NCBI GenBank assembly: GCA_000091205.1
Contig: AP006490.2
Origin: Cyanidioschyzon merolae
Taxonomy: Eukaryota
Direction: 5' to 3' (one strand)
DNA: 64,000 nucleotides
The notes beneath the pieces were generated by a model, which was given only the letters and a program-made list of their open reading frames with translations, searched no databases and was not told the DNA's origin. A program made the translations under genes and the position numbers. Positions within the stretch are counted from its first letter, which is position 1. Each line of letters opens with the position of its first letter. Of this stretch, positions 11,469-22,224 are shown piece after piece.

Positions 11469-14198
11469 TTATGTCTCTTCCGGAGGCGCCGGCTGCGTTG
11501 GTTTTATCGCCGGATTCCCAGACGTTGACGAAGACGATGGTCGATTCGGTGCAGACCTCGGCGCTGACGACGACGACGATGGAGAGCGGCCTGGCCGCGC
11601 ACTTGACCCCGACCCTGGAGCGTCCGATAAAGTCACGTTTCTGCTTGTATTGGCACGAGTCCCATTCGCGGATGCACCGGCGGCAGCATCAGAGGGCTGC
11701 GGTCGTTCCAACAAGGCCTTGCGACTAACGCGGACCTGGCCTCGTGCATTCACCTCAAGAACTTTCACGGCAATAACTTGATCTTCACGCAGAACGTCCT
11801 CAATTCGGTCTATGTGGTGCCAAGCGATTTCGGAGATGTGCAACCATCCCTCCTTGCCCGTCAGAGGATCCAATTCGACATACGCACCAAACGGAAGGAC
11901 TTTGGTTACCCGAGCCTGTTCGAAGACCTGACTCACCTCAACGTCCATGGTGATATTACGAATCATACGCGCCGCTCGCTCCAAGAGCTCTGTCTCGGGT
12001 CCGAGGATGCTCACGACACCGTCCGGTTCGATGTCGATTGTGATGTTCTCCTCGCCGCCACACGCTTCGATGATGCTGCGCACGACCCTGCCGCCCGGGC
12101 CGATGACGTCTCCGATGCGTTTCGGATCAATGTTGATGATCTTGATCTTCGGTACCGAACTGGGTACCGTTGATCTGGGCGCGCTGCATGCCGCATCCAT
12201 CACATCCAGCATGTGGATTCTTGCGTCGCGCGCCTGCTCCAGGGCCTCTCTGATGATTCCAAGCGTTATGCCCTCGACCTTGATATCCATTTGCAAGGCG
12301 GTGATGCCGGTACGTGTGCCCGCAACTTTGAAATCCATATCGCCGAGCGCATCTTCCATACCCAAAATATCCGTCAGTATGAGATAGGAGGGCGACTGAC
12401 GCGACACGTCCGGTTCCTCAGTCGTCTGGTCGAGAATGAGGCCCATGGCGACGCCCGCAACCGCTGCACTCACCGGAACGCCGGCATCCATGAGCGCTAG
12501 GCTGCCTCCACAAACCGACGCCATGGAACTGCTCCCGTTGCTCTCCATGATATTGCTCTCCACGCGTATCACGTATGGGAAGACCTCGCGAGGAGGTACA
12601 ACGGGCTCCAATGCTCGCTGGGCGAGCATGCCATGGCCAATCTCGCGGCGGCCTGGTGCTCCAATGCGTCCTACCTCGCCGACCGCAAAAGGCGGAAACA
12701 TGTACTGCAGGTAAAAATGAGCGGTATGCTCTCCGAGCAGCGATTCGGAACGCTGGGCGCTATCCTGACCGCCCAGCGTCACGACAGCGAGTGTCTGCGT
12801 CTCACCGCGGGTGAAAAGCGTCGAGCCATGCGCGCAAGGCAGCGGCGTTTGCACAATATCAATGGGGCGCACTTGATGCGGCTTTCGTCCATCTGCACGG
12901 ACTTTTTCACGTACAATGAGACGACGCATCTCGCTGGAGAGTACCCGTTTCCACGCCATCCGACAGAGTGTTTCGAACGCTTCCTCATCGGCGGCACCGT
13001 GCGTCTCGAGCTCCTGCTCTGTGACAGCATCCAAAAGCTCCTCCAGCACTTGTTCGCGTATTTCCGCCAGTGCCGCTTCACGCTGCTTCTTCTCCGCGAT
13101 TCGAATAGCTTGCGAGAGACCCATCTTTCGTGCGATCTTCCTCGTCTGCTCCAGCAAGGTGTCGCGCACACGACGCAGGTCAGCGTCATCTTTGGGAGCA
13201 CGCTCGGGATGCGCTGCAGTCACCAGCGCTTCCAGTCGTTCGATGCCCTCACAGATTTGTGCAATCGCTCGTTGCGCGACTTCAATAGCCTCAGCAATCT
13301 GCTGCTCAGAGGCGAAGAGACATCCCGCTTCGATCATAAGCACTGCGCTGCTGGTGCCCGCTACCACCATGTCCATGTATTTGCATTCACCGCGCATTTG
13401 TTGCTCGGTCGGATTCACCACAAAGCTTCCATCCTGACGCATTCCGATGCGAACACCCGCTACCCGAGCGCACATGGGCACTGGGGAGAGCGCCAGCGCC
13501 GCTCCGGCACCGCAAATAGCCAGTGTGTCCGCCTGGTGGGTGCCGTCGAATGAGAACACGTTGGCCAGGACTTGGGTTTCTTTGAAGAAGCCTTCAGCAA
13601 TACAAGGCCGCAGTGGTCGGTCAATGAGGCGCGAAACCTGAATTTCACGATCGCCAGGTCGTTCCCGCTTCAGGTATCCGGCGGATGTACGACCGACAGC
13701 GGAGAATTTTTCCACATAGTCGACGCGAAGTGGCACGAAATCGATGTTCGGTGAGAGCTCCGCGTCCGAGCAAGCCGTGCAGTAGACGACCGTGTCTCCG
13801 GAGCGCACCGCCACGGCGCCACCGGCCTGACGGGCGAAAAACCCTGTCTCGAGTTGAATCGGGGCCTCCGCACCCGGTACATTAATGTCCACGCTAAAGC
13901 GCTCGAGTTTCGCAAAAAGCTGGCGTAGACGACCCGTCGGGTTTGCCGTTCTCCATACGCACGCAGCACGCCGTTCGCTTTCAATGGATGCTGGAAATTC
14001 GTCCAGAGGGACTCGTATTCGGCGCAACACCGACACGGGTGTCGCGAACGTCCCCAACGTCGTCGTCGTCCAGGCAGCACTAGCTCTGGGCAACGGCGCC
14101 AAGTTCGCCACTCCGCTCCGGTGACTTGACCACGTGCAACCCGGGCATAGCACAAAGGTTGACGGGATATAGGCCCAAGGGTTCTCTTGCGAAGGCAT
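11469..14198 (-). CDS. PNPT1: polyribonucleotide nucleotidyltransferase (PNPase; two RNase PH domains + KH + S1), organelle-type with N-terminal extension and Ser/Pro-rich C-terminal tail
   Basis: ORF 11469..14219 (GTG; first ATG codon 14196-14198). RNase PH blocks (FDGTHQADTLAICGAGAALALS; TRGETQTLAVVTLGG), KH (INIDPKRIGDVIGPGGRVVRSIIEACGG), S1 (VTKVLPFGAYVELDPLTGKEGWLHISEIA...VKVLEVNARGQVRVSRK). About 120 aa precede the catalytic core. Confidence 0.85.
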   Translation of the reverse strand: MPSQENPWAYIPSTFVLCPGCTWSSHRSGVANLAPLPRASAAWTTTTLGTFATPVSVLRRIRVPLDEFPASIESERRAACVWRTANPTGRLRQLFAKLERFSVDINVPGAEAPIQLETGFFARQAGGAVAVRSGDTVVYCTACSDAELSPNIDFVPLRVDYVEKFSAVGRTSAGYLKRERPGDREIQVSRLIDRPLRPCIAEGFFKETQVLANVFSFDGTHQADTLAICGAGAALALSPVPMCARVAGVRIGMRQDGSFVVNPTEQQMRGECKYMDMVVAGTSSAVLMIEAGCLFASEQQIAEAIEVAQRAIAQICEGIERLEALVTAAHPERAPKDDADLRRVRDTLLEQTRKIARKMGLSQAIRIAEKKQREAALAEIREQVLEELLDAVTEQELETHGAADEEAFETLCRMAWKRVLSSEMRRLIVREKVRADGRKPHQVRPIDIVQTPLPCAHGSTLFTRGETQTLAVVTLGGQDSAQRSESLLGEHTAHFYLQYMFPPFAVGEVGRIGAPGRREIGHGMLAQRALEPVVPPREVFPYVIRVESNIMESNGSSSMASVCGGSLALMDAGVPVSAAVAGVAMGLILDQTTEEPDVSRQSPSYLILTDILGMEDALGDMDFKVAGTRTGITALQMDIKVEGITLGIIREALEQARDARIHMLDVMDAACSAPRSTVPSSVPKIKIINIDPKRIGDVIGPGGRVVRSIIEACGGEENITIDIEPDGVVSILGPETELLERAARMIRNITMDVEVSQVFEQARVTKVLPFGAYVELDPLTGKEGWLHISEIAWHHIDRIEDVLREDQVIAVKVLEVNARGQVRVSRKALLERPQPSDAAAGASANGTRANTSRNVTLSDAPGSGSSARPGRSPSSSSSAPRSAPNRPSSSSTSGNPAIKPTQPAPPEET

Positions 14199-14267
14199 GC
14201 CAGACGCTGTGTGGTTCACTCACAAGCCCCGAAATACCTTTTGCTTGTAATCGGGCACCAGTACGAT

Positions 14268-14286
14268 ACACACACACACACACACA
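14268..14286. repeat. microsatellite (AC)9 just upstream of the PNPase start
   Basis: acacacacacacacacaca. Confidence 0.9.
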
Positions 14287-14521
14287 GTGACGTCGACACC
14301 ACCGTGTGCAGACGCTGTGCAGGTAGTGAGGCACACACCGTCGCTGCGCGACCGCCGCGCCAGACGTGATCGCCTCTGCCGGGTGGCCAGCGCTCCTGGC
14401 GTCAAGCTTTGTAGGGTATGCTTCAAGGCTGCACTGGGGTAATCTAGTCGAGAGTAGACTCATCTGGGGTACTTCGTTCGCGTATAGCTCGCTCGGGGAA
14501 CAGCGGTGCGTGTCAACGCGA

Positions 14522-14657
14522 GCTGGGTTGTTCATTGGTTTGTGGGTCTTGATTCGAACGAATTGTCGGGTTTATTGGAGGTAGCGCGTGCTGGGTTGTA
14601 CACTGGTTTGTGCGTCCTTATTCGAACGAGGTTTCGGGTTTATTGGAGGTAGCGCGT
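14522..14657. repeat. 68-bp tandem duplication (2 units, about 87% identical) about 300 bp upstream of the PNPase start, in a divergent intergenic region
   Basis: Unit 1 (14522-14589) gctgggttgttcattggtttgtgggtcttgattcgaacgaattgtcgggtttattggaggtagcgcgt; unit 2 (14590-14657) gctgggttgtacactggtttgtgcgtccttattcgaacgaggtttcgggtttattggaggtagcgcgt. Confidence 0.85.
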
Positions 14658-15428
14658 CGTGCCTAGGGCATCTTGGATGCGTCACGTGCCCCGTGTGTGT
14701 ACATCTGTTTGTCCAGGGACTCGTTGCTTAGTGCGGTATCCGGCAGCGTCGTTATTGCGGAGGTACCAAGGGCTTCAGCTTTCCTACACGAGATCAAGTT
14801 TTATCAGACGATGTATGCGTGCAGGTGAAAGCGAGCGAAGATGGGTATCGTGAGCGCTGCCTTATCCGTACGTGCGCAGTGGCGTGCCTGCCTGTTTCTC
14901 TGTCCAGTGTCGAGTGCCTATATGCAGTCGTTGAGGACGCCTACGCTGCATTGGGAACGGAGACTCTAGCAGCTTGCCCGAATGAAGCACGTCGACAGCG
15001 GCTCGATTCGGCACAAGAGCGTTTCCAAAGGCGATCGAAAGCCAACAATGGCTGTTGCCGCACTTTCGCAGACATCCGCAGAATACGCGCATAGTGAAGA
15101 TACACCTCACCTGAATCTGCTGGACGGCATGCTATTGGTTCCATAGCGCAGCGACTGAGTCGTAAGCGCATGGAAGACAACAGACGCGATGCTGCTCATT
15201 CTGAGACAACGGATCTGCCCTGCATAGACGCAGTTGCAGCAGGCGAAAGGACGCAGGAATTCGGGATACCGCCCTGATCCCAAAAGCGCGGACCGGAACA
15301 TCCACGTTTTCGTTCGACAACGGAAACGAAACACTCCATTGCTCTCTCTCTCCATTTACCCTCATATATAATGGAACGGATTCTGAACGTATCGCCTAGC
15401 GCGCACCGTCATTGATGATCCCCGCACA

Positions 15429-16382
15429 CTAGCGGAAACACACAAGCATTCTGGCGAGCGCTGATCGACGTCGGTTGCTCGCCCGTTTCGGGATTCTCTC
15501 GGACGGTAGTTTTTCGAACGGCTCCTCATCCCAGCGGCCTGAATCGTTGCTCGATGCAACGATATCTCCCACAGAAAATGCGCTTGCATCGGACTGCGCA
15601 GCAGGCGAGACGCTCGGCAGCGACATATTCTCGATCGCTTCGATGCCCGGGAAGTTATTCTTGACAACCCGATCCGGAAGTGAAATTGTCGTTGCGGGCC
15701 TAGTCTTGGTCAAATGCTCCGTGTCCGTCGCTGCGGTCTGTTGGTGCTCGTGTGCGTTCTCCGTCGCGGCGCCGGTACCAGCGGACCAGTCGCTGACACT
15801 AGCGACTGTGGCGGCACTAACGGGCGACGTCGGCGCTGCTGGTGGCGCACGCACGCTCAGCGCCTGGCGTATCGACCAGCGTCTCGTTTTCGGTACTTGT
15901 CGGTACTGGTGATTCTTGGGCGAGGTTTTCGCTCGAGGCGGGGATACCTGTGTCTCGGGCTCTGTCTGGGGCGACGGCTCGACACGAGCCGCATCTGCCA
16001 CGTCCGCAGCTGTTTTCGGTGACTCGCCATAAATAGCCTTCTCGTCCGTTTTTTCTTGAATATTTTCGAGCTCCCTTTTTTCGACCAGAGAATCCTCCAG
16101 GGACACAAAGCGGTGCGCCTGCTGGGCACGTGCCGGCAGCTTCACCGGGGAAGAAATACGCCGCGCTTGCTCTTGTACCAACGGTTTTTCCAGAGGTTCC
16201 TTCGCGCTGTCCTGAGACTTACATTCGGTGTGATGACTGAACTTTTCGAGTTTCACTGGGTTTTGCGGCTCGTCGTCCTCCACTTTTTCCAGTTCACGGT
16301 ACTCGGTGGGGGCCCACACTGAACCCGGCAAGTGGAAGCCCTCAAAACGATGCCTCATAACGCGACGTGAACGTTTCTCCAT
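15429..16382 (-). CDS. hypothetical Pro/Ser/Glu-rich protein
   Basis: ORF 15429..16400 (GTG; first ATG codon 16380-16382), 317 aa, low complexity, no recognisable domain. Called mainly on length. Confidence 0.35.
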   Translation of the reverse strand: MEKRSRRVMRHRFEGFHLPGSVWAPTEYRELEKVEDDEPQNPVKLEKFSHHTECKSQDSAKEPLEKPLVQEQARRISSPVKLPARAQQAHRFVSLEDSLVEKRELENIQEKTDEKAIYGESPKTAADVADAARVEPSPQTEPETQVSPPRAKTSPKNHQYRQVPKTRRWSIRQALSVRAPPAAPTSPVSAATVASVSDWSAGTGAATENAHEHQQTAATDTEHLTKTRPATTISLPDRVVKNNFPGIEAIENMSLPSVSPAAQSDASAFSVGDIVASSNDSGRWDEEPFEKLPSERIPKRASNRRRSALARMLVCFR

Positions 16383-17987
16383 ATTGAACGGATAGTGCAC
16401 GACTCACCACTGAACAGGGCAAAGGAGAATTTCAAACAGGGGCCTCACGTACACGCAAATTGAATCCGGATTATGGATCGTGTACGCGCGCGAATGCAAG
16501 GCTGTTGTTGAGGGTAAAATCGAATGCGAACGTTTCCCGCCGGCGCTAGCGCAGCGCGGTTCGCAGCCACGCATCGGATCCGCGCGGCGGGTTTCGCGGC
16601 AAGTGACGTCGATCGAGCGTCTGCGCATGCGCGAGCCGCGTTGCGCTCCACGCTGCACCCGGGATGCCTGGCAGCAAGCGCGATACCGGGGATATCTGGT
16701 TGACACCACTGGTGCTAGTCTGCGCTAAAATTGAACGAGTCCCGCGTAGACGCTTTCGGAACGTCCAGAGTCCAGACGGTGGATGCACGTTCTTCATTCG
16801 TTCTGATGATATATGTATCGGAATAGGTGTGCGCTTGGGGTCCCGAGCGCGATGCGATTTCGCGGAATAAGCGAGCGACGCCGTCTTCTGGCGACGGGGC
16901 GTTTGGGGGTAGTTGCGCCATCCGTCGCTCCCGCTTGAACAGGCCTATCTGCGTTGCGGTTTGTCTTTTCTCTGCTTCAGGTTTGCGTTTACGAGTTTTG
17001 ATAGATTCTGGAATCAACCTTGTTGCGCTTTCCATGAATACGGGGCGGCGCCACCTCGATCCCACCACAGCACGTTCAGCGGAAGCGGCACCGCGTCGCG
17101 ATTTCGCGCCGTATCGCGCGGGACTCGATAGGTGGCTGCAACTGGACGCACGACTCGCAGGGCGTCATATTCGAAGCAGCCGCCCGAACGAAGGCTGTCG
17201 AATGGAATCAATCCAGTCAGAAGATTAGGTTTCGGTGTGAGGTGTCGACCAGCACTGTCTGCGAATATGTCGGGAGCGGTAAAGCAAGCGAGCTTTCGGG
17301 ACCAGAGCGGCGCCAAGAAGTCGATATGCATGCGACGACGCGCTGTGCGAGGGTGCCTCTCTACCCGTGCCTCTTTGGCTGATTTCAGCCGACTCACCAG
17401 ACTGCCGTTTTCCTCTGTATCTGACTCCCAGATGCTCTAAAGCAAAAACGGATCGCTGGGGGTCAAGTGGTCTGTTTGGCAGTGAGGTGTCGGTGACGAC
17501 GTCTGTGGACTGGGCTTTTTCTTGCTGGTTCGTTTTCCTTTTGACGATCACTGTGATTCATTGCAAAGTCGCTGGCCCCCCCGGGTATGCGTACGAAGAC
17601 CGCTGGGACCAGCTACGCATCATGGATCTGCGACGTTCGACCGAACCATCCGCCGCACCAACCGCTGCAATGCCAGCCATGATCTACGGGACATAGAGCG
17701 TTCAGGAAAACTTTCATTCACAGCAATACTGGTTCCGAGTATCAGCAGATCAACCTGCTGCGATCTCGTACGTGCCCTGAATCGCGTCGTTGCCGGATTT
17801 GTGGCGAGGCCGCTTTGTGTCGCCATGCGCACGGATTGTCTAGGTTTTCCCTTCGACTTGTAGAGGATCCATTTCGACAGTCCCTTGTTGCGCGCCGCGC
17901 TCATCCTTTCCCCACAAAGCAACGTCGATTCGACTTGCTTCCGCACAGTCTCGTCTGCCACGAGTCCGAGTCTGCAGGGACCCAGTG

Positions 17988-18647
17988 TCACAGCGTAGTA
18001 ATGTAGCCACTATCTGGTCCACCAAAGTTATACACCGGCTGGTCTGGGCTGTCCCCGTAGCATGTCTGGTTCGGTGCTGTGCCAATCACCACAAAAGTAT
18101 ACACCAAGTCAGTGCGTAGTACTGCCGTCCCTGCACCTGCAAGGTTCAGCCGTTGCGCTCGGAGCTCGGGACCAAGCTTGTCCAGCAGCGTCGGTACTTG
18201 TAAGAGTGCTGCTTTCCAGCCTTCCCGGCCGACAAGGCCTTCGCCATACGTCCAGTTGAAATACGACGACGGCAAGCTCGTAGCCATCTCGACACCCACA
18301 TAATCCCCACCGTGAAACCCATACTGCTCAAGAGTCTGCCGAATCAGATCCGGTGTAACATAGTGACAGGTATTGGAGTTCACCTCCTCGACACTGCAGT
18401 ACGTCAGCAGATCGGCAACGTTCGCCGCACCGATCGTCAAGGCCTCGTTGATACATATTTTTGGGTTTTCGTGGTGTAAAGCATTCAGCAACGTGTACTC
18501 ATAGTGCGTGTAGTTCAGCGTCTCTGCAACGTCCTGGCTAAGCACACCGCCACTGGAAGAAGCTCGAACGGCCACCGCAGCTATGGTGCCGCAAGCGTTC
18601 CAGCTCGCGAACAAGAGCACCCAAACACAAAAGAGAGTCAGACGCAT
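17988..18647 (-). CDS. hypothetical secreted protein (N-terminal signal peptide)
   Basis: ORF 17988..18722 (TTG; first ATG codon 18645-18647) gives MRLTLFCVWVLLFASWNACGTIAAVAV... A hydrophobic h-region followed by small residues suggests a signal peptide. The mature part is non-repetitive (GFHGGDYVGVE, TCYGDSPDQPVYNFGG) but I cannot place it in a family. Confidence 0.4.
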   Translation of the reverse strand: MRLTLFCVWVLLFASWNACGTIAAVAVRASSSGGVLSQDVAETLNYTHYEYTLLNALHHENPKICINEALTIGAANVADLLTYCSVEEVNSNTCHYVTPDLIRQTLEQYGFHGGDYVGVEMATSLPSSYFNWTYGEGLVGREGWKAALLQVPTLLDKLGPELRAQRLNLAGAGTAVLRTDLVYTFVVIGTAPNQTCYGDSPDQPVYNFGGPDSGYITTL

Positions 18648-19937
18648 GCCGAGCGTGCTGCACCGCAAAGTTCCCGAAACTCGCACCACACAAGAACGCA
18701 AACTAAAAAATATGTGGAGCAAAAATCGTCGTTGCCCATCCAGGCGCTACCCGTTGTGGTTCTATTTCGGGATCACTGTGGCGCGCTGATCCACCAGCGC
18801 TGGCGGCGCGCGCCATTCTGGGATGACGGCGGCGGAGCGCGGCCTCGCGTTTGACAACGGCGCTGCGCACGCTCCAAGCAGCGACACGTGCCTCATGAAC
18901 AGCGACTGCAGGCTGATGGCGTGCACGCACGAAGCTGCCAAATTTGGCGGCCGGCTCGCTGTCCGGTGCTCGCTCGCATCCGGTGCCGTCGCCACATGGA
19001 TCAGATTCAGTGCGGAATTGCGCTGAAATCCGCCGCAGATTGATTGCAACGCATTCGATATTCCGGGTGTGCGAATAGGTGCGAGGATTCAGGGGAAAGC
19101 ACAGCGCTTCTATCGCAAACGCTGTCGAGCAACGTCAAAGTCGAGAACAGAGTTACGAGTACGAGAAGAAGCGTGGCCGATTTTGAGAGCCAGCCGGTGT
19201 CAAACGTGGCCGGCACGCTTGCTGCGACGCTGGAAGCCGCCCCTCAGAGAATCTTCAGGAACGGTGCGTCTCAGGGCTCGGAGCAGGAACGGTGCCGCTG
19301 ACGGCAGTCACGCCCGTTGTACTGCGCACGATGTGCTATCGGCGATCGGAGCGCGCTCAAAATCCTAACTGTGAGTCTCGAGCAAGTCTTCTTGTCCACG
19401 CAGTGCGCAACGTCTCGTTACTATCGGGTTCGCGAGACGTTGCTGCGAACACGCGGGTGCTCTCGTGTACATTCGAGAAAGCGGCTGGTGCAAGCGAGAC
19501 TGTTGGTGTAATGCAGCGCTTTGCGCAGCGGCGATGTGCTGTAGCCGCAGTCGCCAACGCGAGTCGATGAAATATTTGCACGCCCAGCGCATAGCTGGTG
19601 ATGGAATTCGTATCGCTCCAGGGCGCGCAGACGCTCGCTGCGATCTCGAGCGATCAACATCCACTCGCTACAGAATACCCTTTTCAAAGTGGAGTCGAAA
19701 AGGTACCCGAGCTCCGGCGTACATGCTGTGGTTTGGGTTTCTTCGCTCTACGATCATCATCGCCAGCGTTTTGCGGATTTATTTATGGGGCTGCTTCGGT
19801 TTCGTCGCGTTCATCTCCGGGTTGAGATACGCGGGATCCGTCCTTTACCCCCAAATTTCGTTTTTATATGTAGAGGCAAGTTGATGACGAGGTCCAAGTC
19901 CCGATGTCGCCATGCCCGTCTGTTTCCAGGTAATTTC

Positions 19938-20127
19938 ATGTACAGAATGGAGATGTGATTAACGTTTTGGTAGCCATTTTCATCCTCGTGGCACACACGC
20001 TGCGGTGCGCGCTTTGCAGCGGCGACTTGGCTGTGGTCAAGCGTGCTGATATATTGACCAGCAATATGATGCACAGAATGTAGATGCGATCTACGCTTTG
20101 GTAGGGATTTTCATCCCCGTGGTATAC
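19938..20127. repeat. pair of about 61-bp direct repeats (about 84% identical) separated by a 68-bp spacer (unit starts 129 bp apart), immediately upstream of R2 copy A
   Basis: 19938-19998 atgtacagaatggagatgtgattaacgttttggtagccattttcatcctcgtggcacacac vs 20067-20127 atgcacagaatgtagatgcgatctacgctttggtagggattttcatccccgtggtatacac. Also gatatattgaccagc (20048) vs gatatgttgaccaagc (20142). Confidence 0.75.
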
Positions 20128-20299
20128 ACTCTCTGTGGGCCGATATGTTGACCAAGCCGCCTCTTCGGAGCGCCGCCCTGTGCTATGTGAAGGCGCGCTT
20201 CATGGCCCGGTACCGGCGCTCGAGGGCTACAGAGGGCTCGCCTCCGTACCCTCCCAGATGCGCGCCACTGGTACCGTACCCGCGGACCATGTGCGTCTT

Positions 20300-20950
20300 C
20301 TAGGCGACGACCTCAGCGATTACTCTATCCGCTGCATACGCCAGCGCATGCTTTATAGATTTGGTAAAGGTTTGTAGAACGTGATGTTGTCCATGATGAA
20401 ACAAGTAACGACAGTAAAATCCAGGCTGGAAATCGAGTCGAGAAATCTCGATCCGTCTATGTTCCATTCGTGCAGAGCGGTGCTGCACGCTTCACTGGAA
20501 GCGAATGCTGCCATGGCCCAAGTCCAAGTCCAGGATCCTTTTGTATCCAAAGAGAAGAGACGGGCGTCTCTCGGAGCATAGTCGATGACAGGTATCACGC
20601 TGATGTTGAATGTGATGCCATTAATGACCGAAAAGAGTTGCGGGTTTCTCCTGAGAATCCAATCCTGTATTCGACTTGAAAAGTTCAGTGAATTTTCTGC
20701 ATGAGCTTGTGAACGAGTCGTCAAGGAGCTACTTTTCACCTTTCTCGTGTTAAATTAAGCGGCATGCATCGCTCTGTCTATGAGTTGCCTTGAAACAGAA
20801 AGATCGAAAACTTGAAGAATGCGTGGTTTGAGGACGCTGCGCATCAGGAAAAGAGACGATTGGACGCCTGTCCATATGAATTGGATCACGGTATCGGTTT
20901 TTCACGAGCCGTTGTTCGAGGATATCCTAAATCATCTCGATTCGGATATC
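20300..20950. repeat. dispersed repeat family R2, diverged copy A
   Basis: Conceptual peptides on both strands align with copy B and with the inverted-repeat arms, e.g. YLFHHGQHHVLQTFTKSIKHALAYAADRVIAEV vs YLFHHRQHHVLEILYRVGQCVYERATDRVLAEW; MMLSMMKQV...DPSMFHSCRAVLHASLEA vs MLSIMKQV...DPSMHPPCIAIAHALLEA; KNAWFEDAAHQEKRRLDACPYELDHGIGF vs KNMRFERPIPKETRNVEACTYSLDHDIDY. Roughly 60-70% identity. Boundaries approximate. Confidence 0.6.
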
Positions 20951-20961
20951 GTAACGAATTC

Positions 20962-20985
20962 CAGCAGCAGCAGCAGCAGCAGCAG
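20962..20985. repeat. microsatellite (CAG)8 inside R2 copy A
   Basis: cagcagcagcagcagcagcagcag. Confidence 0.9.
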
Positions 20986-21477
20986 CCGCATATCAAAGTG
21001 ACCAATCCGAATAGGCGACCGAGAATTCGAAAACGACGACGCATGAGTCCCAAAGCCCTCATTGCTGCACGCGTATTGCCGAAGCTGTCCATCCGAAAGC
21101 AAGGATTCTTAGAACTCGTGCCCTCTGTAACTGAACAGTCTCGTCATGGTCCCGTCGGGCAAACCGTTTTTCTCGACAATCTCCCGTCTTCTTTTTCAAG
21201 TGCACTCCTTCGCTCTATGATCAGCGAGAAGGGCATTTTATCGTTTTCCACACTGGCATCCGACGATGAAGGCCCTCCAGGATCCCCGACTTCCACGTCG
21301 ATGCCGTTCGCTTGGATCTCTTATTTGTTCAAATGAACGCAGTTTGAACGCATCTGCGATGAACCGCAAAAAAGCGTCTGATGGCATTCGCCTAGATGTG
21401 GAACGCATTGGAGATGTTCATTCTCGAAACGCTCTGCTTCCCTGAACCAACTAGTGCCAGTAGAACGAGTGCTCCCC

Positions 21478-22224
21478 ATGCGGCGACGCGGTTTGCTCTC
21501 CAGTCAGGTAACTGGGTATTGTGTTGGACTAACCGGGAGAGAAACGCTTTTTGGCAAGCGCCTCTGCGCGTTGCGTCAACGCTCCACTGTACGACCTCAA
21601 AGCAGCGTCCAATGCACGCTGTCGGCACCGCAGCACGTAAGCAGAGTCCTCGCCAACCTGCTGGTAGCGGTCTCGGTGCTTGTGCAACCTGCCGTCTCAC
21701 TTGACTTGGAAACAGCACGCGAGATCGGTGAAGCAAAGCGCGCTGAACAAGAGTCACGCCTGCCCCCGCGAGTACGCCTCCCTTCTGGTGTGGTATATCG
21801 TGAACTGCGACCTGGTGACGGACTTGTTTTGCACTGGGATGAACAGCCTGACGTTGTCCTCTCGTGGGCGGTGCTGCGCCCGACAGACCTCTATTATCAG
21901 TTTGGTAGCTGGAACCGAGTTTCCCTTGAGGATGACCTCTTTCGTGCACTGCCGGCCGGAGAGGCAACCTTGGTATGTGGTCTCGCACACGGGCTCGAAG
22001 GTGCGCGTGAACACGCTCTCCGTCGCATATGGGTACCCGCTTCACTAGGATACGTTCGAGGCGATGAGGTGCCACAGCCGCGACCGGATGACTTTGGGGC
22101 TCAGCGACGATTTACTCGCCTCCGTCAACGTAACGCGGACCTGGTATTCGAAGTGGAAGTGCGACGTGTGCGCCCAAATGGAGGCTCAAAGCTTCATGTT
22201 TGTCCGCTTGGATCAGAGCAATAG
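21478..22224 (+). CDS. FKBP-type peptidyl-prolyl cis-trans isomerase with long N-terminal targeting-like extension (lumenal/organellar FKBP-like)
   Basis: ORF 21454..22224 (GTG; first ATG 21478). FKBP fold signature in the C-terminal 120 aa: GVVYRELRPGDG, LVCGLAHGLEGAREHALRRIWVPASLGY, LVFEVEVRRV. About 100 aa of Arg/Ser/Val-rich leader with a hydrophobic stretch (LANLLVAVSVLV). Confidence 0.6.
   Translation: MRRRGLLSSQVTGYCVGLTGRETLFGKRLCALRQRSTVRPQSSVQCTLSAPQHVSRVLANLLVAVSVLVQPAVSLDLETAREIGEAKRAEQESRLPPRVRLPSGVVYRELRPGDGLVLHWDEQPDVVLSWAVLRPTDLYYQFGSWNRVSLEDDLFRALPAGEATLVCGLAHGLEGAREHALRRIWVPASLGYVRGDEVPQPRPDDFGAQRRFTRLRQRNADLVFEVEVRRVRPNGGSKLHVCPLGSEQ

Noticed and set aside
12633-13553. 306-aa + strand ORF inside PNPase
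   Set aside because: Antisense to a strongly supported gene; Arg/Leu/Ser-rich mirror composition.
14522-14657. tRNA or SINE B-box-like motif (reverse complement of gattcgaac = GTTCGAATC) inside the 68-bp tandem units
   Set aside because: I tried to fold a T-arm around it on both strands: no 5-bp stem, and no acceptor or anticodon arms. Treated as coincidence with the palindromic ttcgaa.
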